This document shows, piece after piece, positions 46,780 through 58,509 of a stretch of DNA of 64,000 bases. A program made the translations under genes and the position numbers. The notes beneath the pieces are model-generated. The model was not told the DNA's origin and did no database searches. It saw nothing but the letters and a program-made list of their open reading frames with translations. The stretch's first letter is position 1. Every line of letters starts with the position of its first letter. This DNA comes from Anolis carolinensis (taxonomy: Eukaryota): positions 243,804,689-243,868,688 of the forward strand of contig NC_085841.1 of assembly GCF_035594765.1 (NCBI RefSeq), written 5' to 3'.

Positions 46780-47230
46780 TCACCTGAAAATAAGCCCCAA
46801 AGAACACAAAAAGGGGAACGGCTTCTTCTCAGAGTTTGGGAAGTTGGGGGCTTCTTAACTGCAGCTTCCAGAATGCCCAAACCAGCCTGGCCCCAGAGCC
46901 AAAGTGGCTTCCCGAAGCCCTCTGATCAAGTCTCCCCCTCTTTCCTCCCAAAGGCTCCCCAACTAGGCTCCATCCCGCCGAGAGAGACTTTCCCGCGGAA
47001 CGTCACTGTCTTAGGCGTCCCCGAACCCCGCCAGACCTCTCAGAGCCTCTTCAACTACAACTCCCATCAAACTTCTGGCGACGCAACACGCGGCGACCTC
47101 CATTGGCCGAAGGATAAATAGGACCTCGCGGTGCAGCACGGGAAATGGAGTTCTCCCGTAGGCACGAGTGTTTGCCGAGGTCTGCGCATGTGCATGAAAC
47201 CGCTGCAGGCTCTCATCGTGCTTTGCAAGG
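46780..47230 (-). promoter_or_regulatory. Probable SMARCAL1 promoter and non-coding first exon (small CpG-rich island)
   Basis: Local CpG enrichment outside recognisable TEs. E2F site TTTCCCGC 46989-46996; ACTACAACTCCC 47054-47065 and inverted variant GGGAAATGGAGT 47140-47151 (ZNF143/THAP11 type); ATTGG 47102-47106; NRF1-like TGCGCATGTGCA 47183-47194. Minus-strand donor CAG|GTGAGT at 46784/46783. Confidence 0.7.
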
Positions 47231-47449
47231 AATGCATGAAGACAGGCTGTAACTCGTTTGCTTGAGACTTAGTGTGCATTCTACATAGAATTAATGCAGT
47301 TTGACACCACTTTAGCGGCCACGGCTCAACGTTTGTGGAATCAGGGGAAATGTAGTTTTACAAGGTCTGTAGCCTTCTCTATCCAAGTAATAATAATAAT
47401 AATAATAAAGAAAGAAAGAAATAATGATACAGTAATATAGTGCAATATA

Positions 47450-47770
47450 CAGTAGAGTCTCACTTATCCAACATAAACGGGCCGGCAGAACGTTGGATAA
47501 GCGAATATGTTGGATAATAAGGGGGGATTAAGGAAAAGCCTATTAAACATCAAATTAGGTTATGATTTTACAAATTAAGCACCAAAACATCATGTTATAC
47601 AACAAATTTGACAGAAAAAGTAGTTCAATATGTAGTAATGCTATGTAGTAATTACTGTATTTACGAATTTAGCACCAAAATATCACGATGTATTAAAAAC
47701 ATTGACTACAAAAATGCGTTGGATAATCTAGAATGTTGGATAAGCGAGTGTTGGATAAGTGAGACTACTG
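47450..47770. mobile_element. Tigger/pogo-like MITE
   Basis: Same TIR family. Confidence 0.9.
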
Positions 47771-47910
47771 TATTTCCTGGATGATGGACTGGTTGGATCT
47801 TCTTGCGGTCCAAGGCATTCTCAGGATTTTCCTCCAGCACCAGAGTTCAAAAGCGTCTATCTTCCTTCGCTCAGCCTTCCTTATGGTCCAGCTCTCGCAA
47901 CCATAGGTTA
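47771..47910 (-). mobile_element. RTE/BovB LINE fragment
   Basis: TYGCESWTIRKAERRKIDAFELWCWRKILRMPWTARRSNQSII, the characteristic post-RT motif of RTE-BovB. Confidence 0.92.
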
Positions 47911-48105
47911 ACATCATACAGTGGCAAATATTCAATGCTGCAAAATGCAACCAACAAATAAATAAAACTACCATAAATTATATAAAAACACAATAAACAT
48001 CAACATCAAACAATAATAAAGCATTGCAACAAATTAAACACACCACTAGGCTAAAATTAGCTTTTAACTAAACTATTCCTTATTATTGTCCCTTGGTTGT
48101 CTATG

Positions 48106-48329
48106 GGTGTATGTATCTACAGTGTAGAATAAAAGCGGTTTGACGCCACTTGTAACTGCAGTGGCTCGGTGCTATGGAATCCTGGGAATTGCTGTTTGAT
48201 AAGGCTCTGTATTTCTCGGCAGATAAGGCTAAAATCCTGTAAGACTACAACTCCCAGGATTCAATGGCATTGAGCCATGGCAGTTTAAGTGGTGTCAAAC
48301 CTCATTAATTCTACAGTGTGGATGCACCC
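48106..48329. mobile_element. Harbinger-like palindromic MITE
   Basis: GGGTGTATGTATCTACAGTGTAGAAT ... ATTCTACAGTGTGGATGCACCC; long imperfect inverted arms. Confidence 0.75.
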
Positions 48330-48983
48330 TAAGTCCCAAGTTGTTTTGTGCCTTTAAGTAGCTGAGGTCCCTTCCACATAGCTGTATAAAGTCCACATTG
48401 GATTATATGACAGTGTGGACTCAGAACCAAGTTCAAAGCAGATATTGTGGATTATCTACCTTGATATTCTGGGTTATATAGCTATGTAGAAGGGCCCTCA
48501 CGAATTTATAATGGGGTTTTCTTGGCTCAAACATTTGAGGCACCAAAATGTGTGTTAGCCAGTGTTATTTTTCAACATCTTTTGCCTGATAAGAAACCAG
48601 CAAAGCTTCAAAATTATACCTGATATATTTTGTGCTTTTGTGTTTGGTCAACAAAGGTATTGCGCTTTTGTGGATGTTGTTGTATCTTGCTGAATGTCCC
48701 AACACGTCTACCCTTGACTATATTAATTTGGAGCAGACACATAAGTGATGGATAGAGCTTGGCATGTTAGGTTTGAAAATTAATCTGGTGATTTTTTTTC
48801 CTGTCACCACCAATGTAAAGACTTAACTCACTCTTCAGAGGCCTCCCTGAAAGTTAATAGGGCATTAATGCATTTCAGTTAGAGGATATTGATCCACCAC
48901 TAGAATCAGCCAAGGAATCAAAGGTGTGGCATTCTTAATCAGAAATATTTAATATTAATCAGAAGAGCCTCCAAACAAATGCA

Positions 48984-48986
<3 letters not shown>

Positions 48987-49027
<41 letters not shown>
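48987..49027. repeat. (AT)n microsatellite
   Basis: Perfect run next to a SINE tail. Confidence 0.95.
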
Positions 49028-49031
<4 letters not shown>

Positions 49032-49034
49032 ATA

Positions 49035-49262
49035 GGTAAAGGTTTCCCCTTGACATTAAGTCTAGTCATGTCTTAACGCTGAAGGTTGGTGCTCATCTCC
49101 ATTTCTAAGCTGAAGAGCCAGCGATCTCTGTAGACACCTCCAGGGTCATGTGGCCAGCATGACTTCATGGAGCACCGTTACCTTCCCGCCGGAGCGGTAT
49201 CTATTGATCTACTCACATTTTGGTCAGCAAGTTCAGAAGCTCAGCAGTTCAACCTGTACCAC
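49035..49262 (-). mobile_element. Sauria SINE (internally deleted)
   Basis: GGTAAAGGTTTCCCCTTGACATTAAGTCTAGTC reverse tail and body. Confidence 0.85.
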
Positions 49263-49757
49263 TTAGTATGAATTTATTACTGATCCTAGACAACGTTCCT
49301 CAATATTATCTGCTCTGAACTGGATTGTATGGCAATGTAGTCTCATGTATCCATTTCAAAGCAGATCGTGTGGATTATCTGATTAAATGGCAGTGTAGAA
49401 GGGGCCTCAGAAGAGGTTACAAGGATCATGTAGTTCAATCCCTGTCATGCAGGGAGGCACAGTTGCAACAAATCTAAAAGATGCCTATCCAACATCTGTT
49501 TAAAGACCTCCAAATATGAAGAGTCCACCGCCCTCTCAGACAGCCCATTCCACTACTGAAAAGCTTTTACAGTAAAGAAAAGTTCTTCCTAATGCTGAGG
49601 TGAAATCTCTTTCCTTGCAATTGGAGTCCACTTGTTCATATTCTAGTCTCTGGAGCATCAGAAAACAAGCTTGTTAAATCTAGGGCCCTTCCACACAACT
49701 ATCAAGGCAAGAAATCCCACAATATCTGCTTTGAACTGAAATATATGGCAGTATGGA

Positions 49758-51998
49758 TGTTATCGAGACCGCAATTAGCCCAGATCTGCCCTATGAGGGA
49801 GATCTATGAGGGAATGAGTCTTGGCAAGCCGTTAGGGAGGCAGAAAATAACCCGGAATATAAATTTACCTGAGACCGAAAGGAAAAGACTCTGCCAAGTT
49901 GAAGGAAAAAACTGTCAAAGTGTTTATTAAAACAATTCAATTGAAAAGGACATCCGCCGCGATAGATCGACATGCGAGATGTAATTTTACATTGAGAAAT
50001 AAAGCCATTTTATACATTTTCAAGTTTGAAGTCTGTTTGAACTTCCCGCCCAGTCCCTCCGCTCATCTGGCTGCTGATTGGGCAAGGACGCCGCACTAGG
50101 CGGGAGTTGGGCTTCCCGCTCGGTGGTCGAGCCAATGAGGAGCAACCCTCGCCTCTGCCAGGGCCAATCAGATTGGGGGAGGCGGGAGTCAGCTAGACAA
50201 TGGGTTCTGGGGAATGAATCATTGGAGTTATCTTATGCAAAGCGATCACCCGAGGCTAGCGCCTTCCAGGATAATCTTAAGATTATTGCTGTTTTTGAGT
50301 AGGGTCATTTGGGATGTCCGGGGTCCTTTACGCACGTACACAGTTCATGAATACCGTGAGGTATGGCGGAGATTGTCAGTTTATATTGACATTATGAGAT
50401 TACAGAAACCGGACCAGTGGGGAGTCTTCCTTTGGCTCCCCAGGGGTCCAGGATGGGATTGTGGTCAACATTACCATATGAGATACAATCACCCGTGGGG
50501 CTGCTCCGATCTAAGGTGACAATCTCTAGCTATGGGTCATGCAGATGCAAATAGATAAAGTTTTATGGTGACAGTTTTACCCTTCTTTGTGTGTGGAGCT
50601 CAAGGTTCAAGAAGAGGGAGGGAGGAATTTCCGGGTTCAGCTAGAGTTCAGACTGTGCCTTCATTGTTTAAATCATACTAGGGGATATAGAGGATCATAT
50701 TATATCCATTTTACCCCAAAACTACCAGAAGAAGTATTAAATATTAACACTTATAGCTCATTTTCCCTCCCTGCGTTAATAGCGCTGATCGGGGAGGCTA
50801 TTTACGCAAAGAGAGCGATTTGACAGTCAGCTGTTGAGCTGAGAAAAAGTGGTCCAAGGTGGTTTCTGCCGGTTGTGTTTTTAAGACTAGACAATTATAG
50901 GCATAAATATGAAAAAGGATGTTTTTTGGTGTGAAATTGAGCGAGTTCTGAGTGGAAATATAGGCTGGGGGGGGGGGGGGTGGGTAAACAATCTGGCCAT
51001 ATCGCGGGTTTCCTAGGGACCGGGAGGAAATTCAGATTCCCTCCGGCTTTAAAGCAGAGAGTAAACCCGGTTTCCTTTTTTGTAATATAATATATAAAAA
51101 AGGGAAATATATGAATTTAGGAATCTTCCAGGGGACCTATAGACCAAGTGACATTTGGCTAGACAGTAAATAAAGAATTGATTCCAATATTTCATAAACA
51201 TATAAGCATACAATTCATGGAAAGTTCATAAGCAGTTCAGGCAATAGGAGGTTCATGAAAATAACAAAGTGAAGGGATTCCTGTTGATTCCAGTCCTTGG
51301 TAGCCTGGCAACATATGAATGAGAAGTCCGGTCATTCATAAAAATGAAGATGAATGAATAGAAGAAATTCATCCAGGAGTCCTTTCCGCAGTAGAGATCA
51401 CAGCTGGTCCTTGAGTAAACTACATTTCCCTTCCAGGGGAGATGACAGTCCACTATCAGCAGCCCTGGGAGAAGCTTGTGTCCCTGCAGAGGCAATCCGC
51501 TCGCCGCGGGAGCCGGGAAGCGGCTGTGGCTGTAAAGGAGCGATCGGAGCCGGCTTTTGACAGCCAGCTGATCCGAAATTTCAAAATGGACCGATTCTGG
51601 CGCTGTTGGTGGTCCCGGAACCAGGGGCTTCCAAAAGTGTTAGATATAAAAGATGGGCATGCTTGGAGTATTTTTGGTAAAGTTGGCAGGGAGAGCTCAG
51701 GAGGCTTCCCGCTAGAGTTTGGACGGTGGCTGGGTTGGTGGAAGATAGAAAAAGGTTTTGCATGCGGAGAGGCCAGAAAAAGGGATACAAAATAACCTCT
51801 GGAGAGAGCTTCAAGTTAAAAGAAAGGATACTTTTATTGGGGGATTAGTTACAATGTTAGGACTGGGGGGAAAGTGATAAAAGGATTTAATAATAATTCG
51901 TTGTGGTCCGAGCACTCTCCCGCTCCGCTGGAGATCCGGATCTGTGGAACTCCCCGCAGCAGGTCAGATGAATTTAAAAGCGGGGGTCTCGGTCATCA
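49758..51998 (-). mobile_element. 2241-bp solo LTR (Gypsy or ERV1 type, 4-bp TSD)
   Basis: Imperfect inverted termini TGTTATCGAGACC ... GGTCTCGGTCATCA; TSD TGGA at 49754-49757 and 51999-52002, splitting a MITE. On the minus strand: CCAAT cluster 50076-50226, TATAAAA about 50008-50014, AATAAA 49923-49928. Confidence 0.8.
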
Positions 51999-52189
51999 TG
52001 GACTCAGACAACCCAGTTCAAAACAGATATTCTGCCCTGATATTCTGGGTTATATGGCTGTGTGGAAGGGCCCCTTTATGACATCCCTTCAGATGTTTAA
52101 AGATAGCTATCATGTCACCTCTCATCCGTCTCCAAGCTCAACATGCCTACTTCCCTCTGTTGTTCTTCGTAAGGCTTGCTTTTCAGATA

Positions 52190-52511
52190 CAGTAGAGTCT
52201 CACTTATCCAACACTCGCTTATCCAATGTTCTGGATTATCCAACGCATTTTTGTAGTCAATGTTTTCAATATAACGTGATATTTTGGTGCTAATTTTGTA
52301 AATACAGTAATTAAAACATAACATTACTGCGTATTGAACTACTTTTTTGTCCAATTTGTTGTATAACATGATGTTTTGGTGCTTAATTTGTAAAATCATA
52401 ACCTATTTTGATGTTTAATAGGCTTTTTCTTAATCTCTCCTTATTATCCAACATATTCACTTATCCAACGTTCTACCGACCCGTTTATGTTGGATAAGTG
52501 AGACTCTACTG
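52190..52511. mobile_element. Tigger/pogo-like MITE
   Basis: Same TIRs, TA TSD. Confidence 0.92.
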
Positions 52512-52841
52512 TATTTGATTAATTTACCTTCCCTTCTTCTGAACACAGTCTAGCTTGTCTATATCCTTGAATTGTGGTGCCCAGAACTGGCCATAATATC
52601 CCAGGTAAAGGATCCCAAAGAACAATAGAAAGGTGCTACTACTTCCCTTGATTTGGATAATATACTTCTGTTGATGCAGCCTAGAATTATATAGGCTTTT
52701 TTTTGGCTACTGCATCATAATGTTGACTCATGTTTAGCTTGTAGTCTACTTACCTCTCAATGCTATCCCCATGTAAAACTTTCATATCAAGTGTCACCAT
52801 TCTATATTTCTGCATTTCATTATCCTGTCTAAATACAGTTA

Positions 52842-53166
52842 AGGTAAAGGGTAAAGGTTTTTCTTGACATTAAGTCTAGTCATGTCCGACTCTGGGGGTT
52901 GATGCTCATCTCCATTTCTAATCTGAAGGACCGTCATTGTCCGTAGACACCTCCAAGGTCATGTGGCTGGCATGACTACATGGAATGCTGTTACCTTCCT
53001 GCTGGAGCAGTACCTGTTGATCTACTCACATTTGCATGTTTTCGAACTGCTAGTTTGGCAGAAGGTGGAGCTAACATCGGGAGCGCCCCAAATTAGAACC
53101 ATCTACCTTTTGGTCAGTAAGTTCAGCAGCTCAGTGGTTTAATCCACTGAACCATCGGGGGCTCCC
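52842..53166 (-). mobile_element. Sauria SINE
   Basis: Reverse tail AGGTAAAGGGTAAAGGTT and tRNA-like head. Confidence 0.88.
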
Positions 53167-53335
53167 TATAGTACTTTACCTGTTTCCATGTTGAAAATAT
53201 TTTTTTTAGTTTTAGCCTGGCTCCAATGTGTCAAGGCCATTTTGAATTCCGATCCTGCCTTCCCTTAATTTGGTGTGATTTGCAAAATTGATAAGTGCGC
53301 CTTCTCTTTCATCACTTAAGTCATTTATAAAGCTA

Positions 53336-55299
53336 CTAGCTATGCCCGGCCACGCGTTGCTGTGGCGAAGTCTGGTGGTAGTTAAGGTAAAGGGTAAACG
53401 TTTTCCCCTGACATTAAGCCCAGTCATGTCTGATTCTGGGGGTTGGTGCTCATCTCCATTTCTAAGCCGAAAAGCCGGCGTTGTCCGTAGACTCCTCCAA
53501 GGTCATGTGGGATGACTGCATGGAGCGGCGTTACCTTCCCGCCGGAGCAGTACCTATTGATGCACTCACATTTGAATGTTTTTGAACTTCTGGGTTGGCA
53601 GAAGCTGGAGCTAACAGTGGGGGCTCTCTCCGCTCCCCCAATTCAAACCTGCAGCCTTTCAGTCCAGAAGTTCAGCAGCTCAGCGCTTTAACACGCTGCG
53701 CCATCAGGGGATATTGTTTCCTAAAGGTTGTGAATATACAATATTTCTGATTGTTTTTTTTTTGTCTGTTGGAGGCAAGTATGAATGCTGCAATTAGGAA
53801 AAATGATTAGGATGTAATGGCCTTGCAGCTTTAAAGCCTGGCTGTTTCCTCCCTGAGTGAATTTTTTGTTGGGAGGTGTTAGCTGGCCCTGATTGTTTCC
53901 TGTCTGGAATTTCCCTTGTTTTCAGAGTGGTGTTGTTTGCGATATTTTATGTGCTTCTACTGTCTGTGGCCCTGAGAAAACAGAGGATTTGCCAGACTTT
54001 GATGATGGGAATACTTTGTTGGGAGGTGTTAGCTGGCCCAGATTGTTTCCTGTGTGGAATTCCCCTGTTTATTTACTGTCCTGGTTTTAGAGATTATATT
54101 GTTCTGCATTATTCTATCCCAGTAATTATTTCATATTAAAGTAGAATCTCACTTATCCAACATTCACTTATACAATGTTCTGGATTATCCAACGCAGTCT
54201 GCCTTTTCATAATCAATGTTTTTGTAGTCAGTGTTTTAAATTCATTGTGGTAAATTTGTAAATACAGTATAGTAGAGTCTCACTTATCCAACATAAACGG
54301 GCTGGCAGAATATTGGATAAGCGAATATGTTGGATAATAAGGAGGCATTAAGGAAAAGCCTATTAAATATCAAATTAGGTTATGATTTTACAAATGAAAC
54401 ACCAAAACATCATGTTAGACAACAAATTTAGCAGAAAAGTAGTTCAATACGCAGTAATGCTATGTAGTAATTACTGTATTTATGAATTTAGCACCAAAAT
54501 ATCATGATATATTGAAAACATTGACTACAAAAATGCGTTGGATAATCCAGAACGTTGGATAAGCGAGTGTTGGATAAGTGAGACTGTACTGTAATTACTA
54601 CATAGCATTACTGCGCGTGGAACTACCTTTTCTGTCAAATTTGTTGTATAATATGATGTTTTGGTGCTTAATTTGTATAATGATTACCTAATTTGATGTT
54701 TAATCAGCTTTTCCTGAATCCCTTCTTATTATCCAATATATTTACTTATCCTGCCGGCCTGTTTATGTTGGATAAGTGAGAGTCTACTGTATATTGATAA
54801 TCTTATATTATCTGCTTAGAACTGGATTATATGAGGCTCCTTCTTCACAGCTGTATAAAATGCACACTGAAGTAGATTATATGGCAGCGTGGAGTCAGGA
54901 TAATCCAGTGCAAAGCAGATAATATAAGATTATAAATGGGTTATATAGCTGTGTGGAAGGGCCTTGAGTCTACACTGCCATATAATCCAGTGCAAATTAG
55001 ATAATCTGTGGAAGAAGCCTAAGTGAGGCCTAAATTTGCCTGTCCCCTAACTGAAACCTGGCTGTCCCTTGGTTGCTAGGCAACAAAGTGGGCAGAGATT
55101 AGCCCTCTAAACTGGCAGCAATTGGATAAAAACAATTATTGCTCTCCCTCTAATTAGGACTTTATTTTTCTTTTCTTTTTGTTGTATCAACCCTGAGGCA
55201 TGGGTGATGGGTTGTGTTGTCAAATTTCGAGGTTGGGGGGCCTGTACTTTTGTTGTTTTGTGGGTTGCCGTGATGCCATCACTCTTTTATATATATAGA
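53336..55299 (-). mobile_element. Non-autonomous composite Helitron
   Basis: Minus strand reads A|TCTATATATATAAAAGAG ... GCCACAGCAACGCGTGGC (hairpin) CGGGCATAG CTAG|T. No TSD; it interrupts CR1. Contains a Sauria SINE, nested MITEs and an internal duplication. Confidence 0.88.
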
Positions 55300-55447
55300 T
55301 AAAATAACACCAGGTCCAGGACAGAACCCTGAGGCACCAACTAGTCACTTCTCCATGGGATAAAGAGCAATAATTGGCAAGCATTCTCTTAGGACTTCAT
55401 CAGATTATACTGGGAAGTGTTCAGAAGAAGAGAGTTCAGTCTAACCA

Positions 55448-56859
55448 TCTATCCATCTATATACCGTATATAAAAATATATAATGTGGCACTTTATTATG
55501 GAGTAAACAGCAAAACTACTGAACCCAATCACACCAAATTTGGCCACAAAAGTCAGTCATCCAAGGTATGTTTTTCAATCAAAAAATTCTAGAAAAATAA
55601 AGTCCAAATTAGAGGACAAAGAAGAGCCATTGTCATACCACCAGAAGACTCTCACCTGCTGCCCTGTCCCTTTAAGGTTCTAAGGGGGCGGAGCTTAGCC
55701 TCAGCTCCTGCCAGCTTGGAAATGGCAGTTATTTTTGTCAGTTAGGATTTGTCAGTTAGTGTGGCCCTGGCTGGAAGAAAGCATAGAAAGCTAGAAGGAG
55801 CACAGAAATTCACGTCATGTCGGATCTGTATTAACTGAAGTCATGTCTGAATTGTATTAATTCAATTCACATCAGAATTGTATGCAAATTGTATTAAAAA
55901 GCCATATAAGACAGTGATACATAAAGTCATGTAGAATCCAGTCATGTCAGGACTTTATACTGTGTGGCAATAACCATCCAGAACTGAATAGATTTCAAAG
56001 ATTTCCTTTCTTCACAGAGATTTGATTTCCCAAATACAGTCTCTGATCTGTCCTTTGTGCTATGGTGCCTTCCAGTTCATTTAGTTAAACGCCTTTAGGC
56101 CCTGCCCCCACACACAGCTATATAACCCCGAATGCCAAGGCACATAACCCACAGTATCAGTTTTGAACTGGACTACCTTGAGTCCACACTGCCATATAAT
56201 CCAGTTCAATATGGATTTTATATACAGTAGTTGTGTAGAAGGGCCCTCATATAATCCAGTTCTAATCAGATTATAAATGTAATATATAAAATTACTGTGG
56301 TATAATAAAACATAACATTTAAAAACTCTAAAATCAGGACAGTAAATAAAGAACAATGCTCAGAAGACAGGGGAATTCCAGACAGGAAACACGGCCAGCT
56401 AACACGGATTGATTGAGGGTGCTTTCCAGGTCGCCAAACAAGAATTCCCCTAACTATAACACAGCCAGGTATTGAAGCTGCAAGGCTATTCAGTGCAATT
56501 CAACCAGACCAACAAAGGATTAACCTTGGTAGAAGATGGCCAGGCTTTGAAGCAGCGATACTACTCTGTACTATTGAATCTGACCAACCAAAGATTCCCC
56601 TAGGTAGCAAGCAGCCAGGCTTTGAAGTTGTGAGCCTATTCATTGCAATTCTAGCAGCCCAAAAAACCATTCCCCTAGAACGCAAGTACCCAGCCTTCCA
56701 AGTAGCAAACCTATTCCATTGCATTCCAGCTCACCAAACAAGGATTCCCAAAAGAAGAAAACAGCCAGGCTTTGAGGCTGCAAGGCTATTCACTGCTATT
56801 CTACCTGGCCAACAAATGATTCCCATAAGCTGCAGCAACGCGTGGCTGAGCACAGCTAG
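55448..56859 (+). mobile_element. Second non-autonomous Helitron with an internal 75-bp tandem repeat
   Basis: A|TCTATCCATCTATATA start (TC at 55448 or 55456); end GCTGCAGCAACGCGTGGCTGAGCACAGCTAG matches the 3' end of the 53336 element. Confidence 0.78.
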
Positions 56860-58509
56860 CTCTGTAATAAAAAAGAGTTTTTCCCTACCTTACAATCACA
56901 CTTTTTAGTGCACTCAGTTGTCTTGCATATTTTTTTCATGAAGAGGTTTCCACACTGCAGATATTTGGCCCCGCCCACTATCCCTCTTGGTGCTTTTTGG
57001 TACTTCAACTCCCACAATTCCCAACAGCAGAGAGGGAGAGAGAGAGAGAAGGGGTGGGACGGAATCCCATTTGGAACACCAGCAGCAGAGGCTCAGCTGG
57101 TGTTTTGGACTACAACTCCCACAATTCCCAACAGCAGAGAGGGAGAGGGAGAGAGAAGGGGTGGGAGGGAATCCCAATTGGATGGGCAACAGCACTGGCC
57201 CTCCCAACACAGGACACAGACAAATCATGGAAGGAAGGGAAAAGGTACCCTAAAAGGCTTTTTTGTTTTGTTTTGCAAAGTAGAAGCGTTATGAGGTAGC
57301 TTACAACCAAACCTTCCTGCTTGGGGAGCAAAAGGAAATTGCCCCGAAAAGTTTATTTTGACTCTTCTACCAATTTCTCCTCCCGCAAACTGGGTGATGC
57401 TAATCTGAGAGCAACGAGGGCTACTTCATTAGAAATTTGGCAAAACATCCGGAGTTTTGAGAAAAATCAAAACTGTCCTCAAAACTGCTACTCAAGTCTT
57501 GCAGACTTAGGAGAGCAGCAATGACTTCTGTGATTGAATCAATTCACAAATAATGCACTGTCCCTTTTTCCCTGCTGCCCTCCACCTTCCCAAGAATATT
57601 GTCTTTTCTAATGTCTCTGATATGTCCAAAATCTCAGTTTGAGGAGAATTCAGATTTATTTCACTCCTGGATCCTTCCATTTGTCATTTAAAGATTCTCA
57701 TCCAAGGTCATATGTCTCAGGTGGGGCGTCTTATTTCTTGTGTGGCTGCTTTATGCCCACAAAAGTTTGAAGATTTATGGTTTTTCAGATTAGTCTAAAT
57801 CAGGAAAGTGGTGGACAACTAAACTAAGCTGGAATCAGAATTTGGGTCTGGGCTCTGCTTTTCCCATCACAGAAAAGACTCAAAGCCTGTGTCAAGATAA
57901 GTTATTTTTGGACATATGTAGAAGGGCCTTCCCTTCCAAAAAAACGGGGAGAGGGGAGTCAGAGGCTTTGTTTTTGTGGGAGGTAACTTGGAGTCCAATA
58001 TTTTTTGCAGCCTGGGCTCTTGCGTCAAGAGCAGCAGTTCAATTTCAGGATTCCAGTAGAGGAAACAAAAGTTCTACTTGCAAGAAATCTCTATTGATTT
58101 TAGAATACCTTTCGCCTAGGGAAATGCGTTCAAGACTTGGAAGAATATTGAGTTGAATCCTTTCAGGAGACTGCCTGCTGGGGTTGCTTTAACTGGAAAT
58201 CCTGCCTTGAACAGGTGGTTGGACTTTATGGCCCATGAGCCTCCTTCCATCTTTTGGTGCTATAATGTCAAATAAGTGGATTCTCTTCCTAGCAGCTTTC
58301 TTCCCTGTCCAGTTTCATAACCACACATAGACATTGGAAACATAGTAGCATGGGCAATTCTGACTTTGATATTCCATGGTGTATCTTTACACTTCAGGAT
58401 GACTTTTCTCTTTAAAAGATTCTGACTATTTTTTGTGTGTGTGATGTGTGGTTTTTCCTATTATGGAGGCAGTCCTCCACCACTAACTCTAGCAAATGTG
58501 GAGGGCTAA

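Larger units (their letters stand above)
49415..55400 (-). mobile_element. One CR1 LINE (RT to 3' end) fragmented by multiple insertions
   Basis: Collinear CR1-like pieces at about 49415-49680, 52075-52188, 52525-52838, 53168-53335 (FINDL...ALINFANHTKL) and 55300-55400 (VPQGSVLDLVLF). Confidence 0.8.

Noticed and set aside
46639-47121. 160-aa ORF antisense to the promoter
   Set aside because: Non-ATG start inside a MITE, GC-rich sequence with few stops, no domain similarity.
50214-52293. ORFs inside the long LTR as gag, pol or env
   Set aside because: Short, mostly antisense to the inferred LTR direction, and lacking retroviral motifs.
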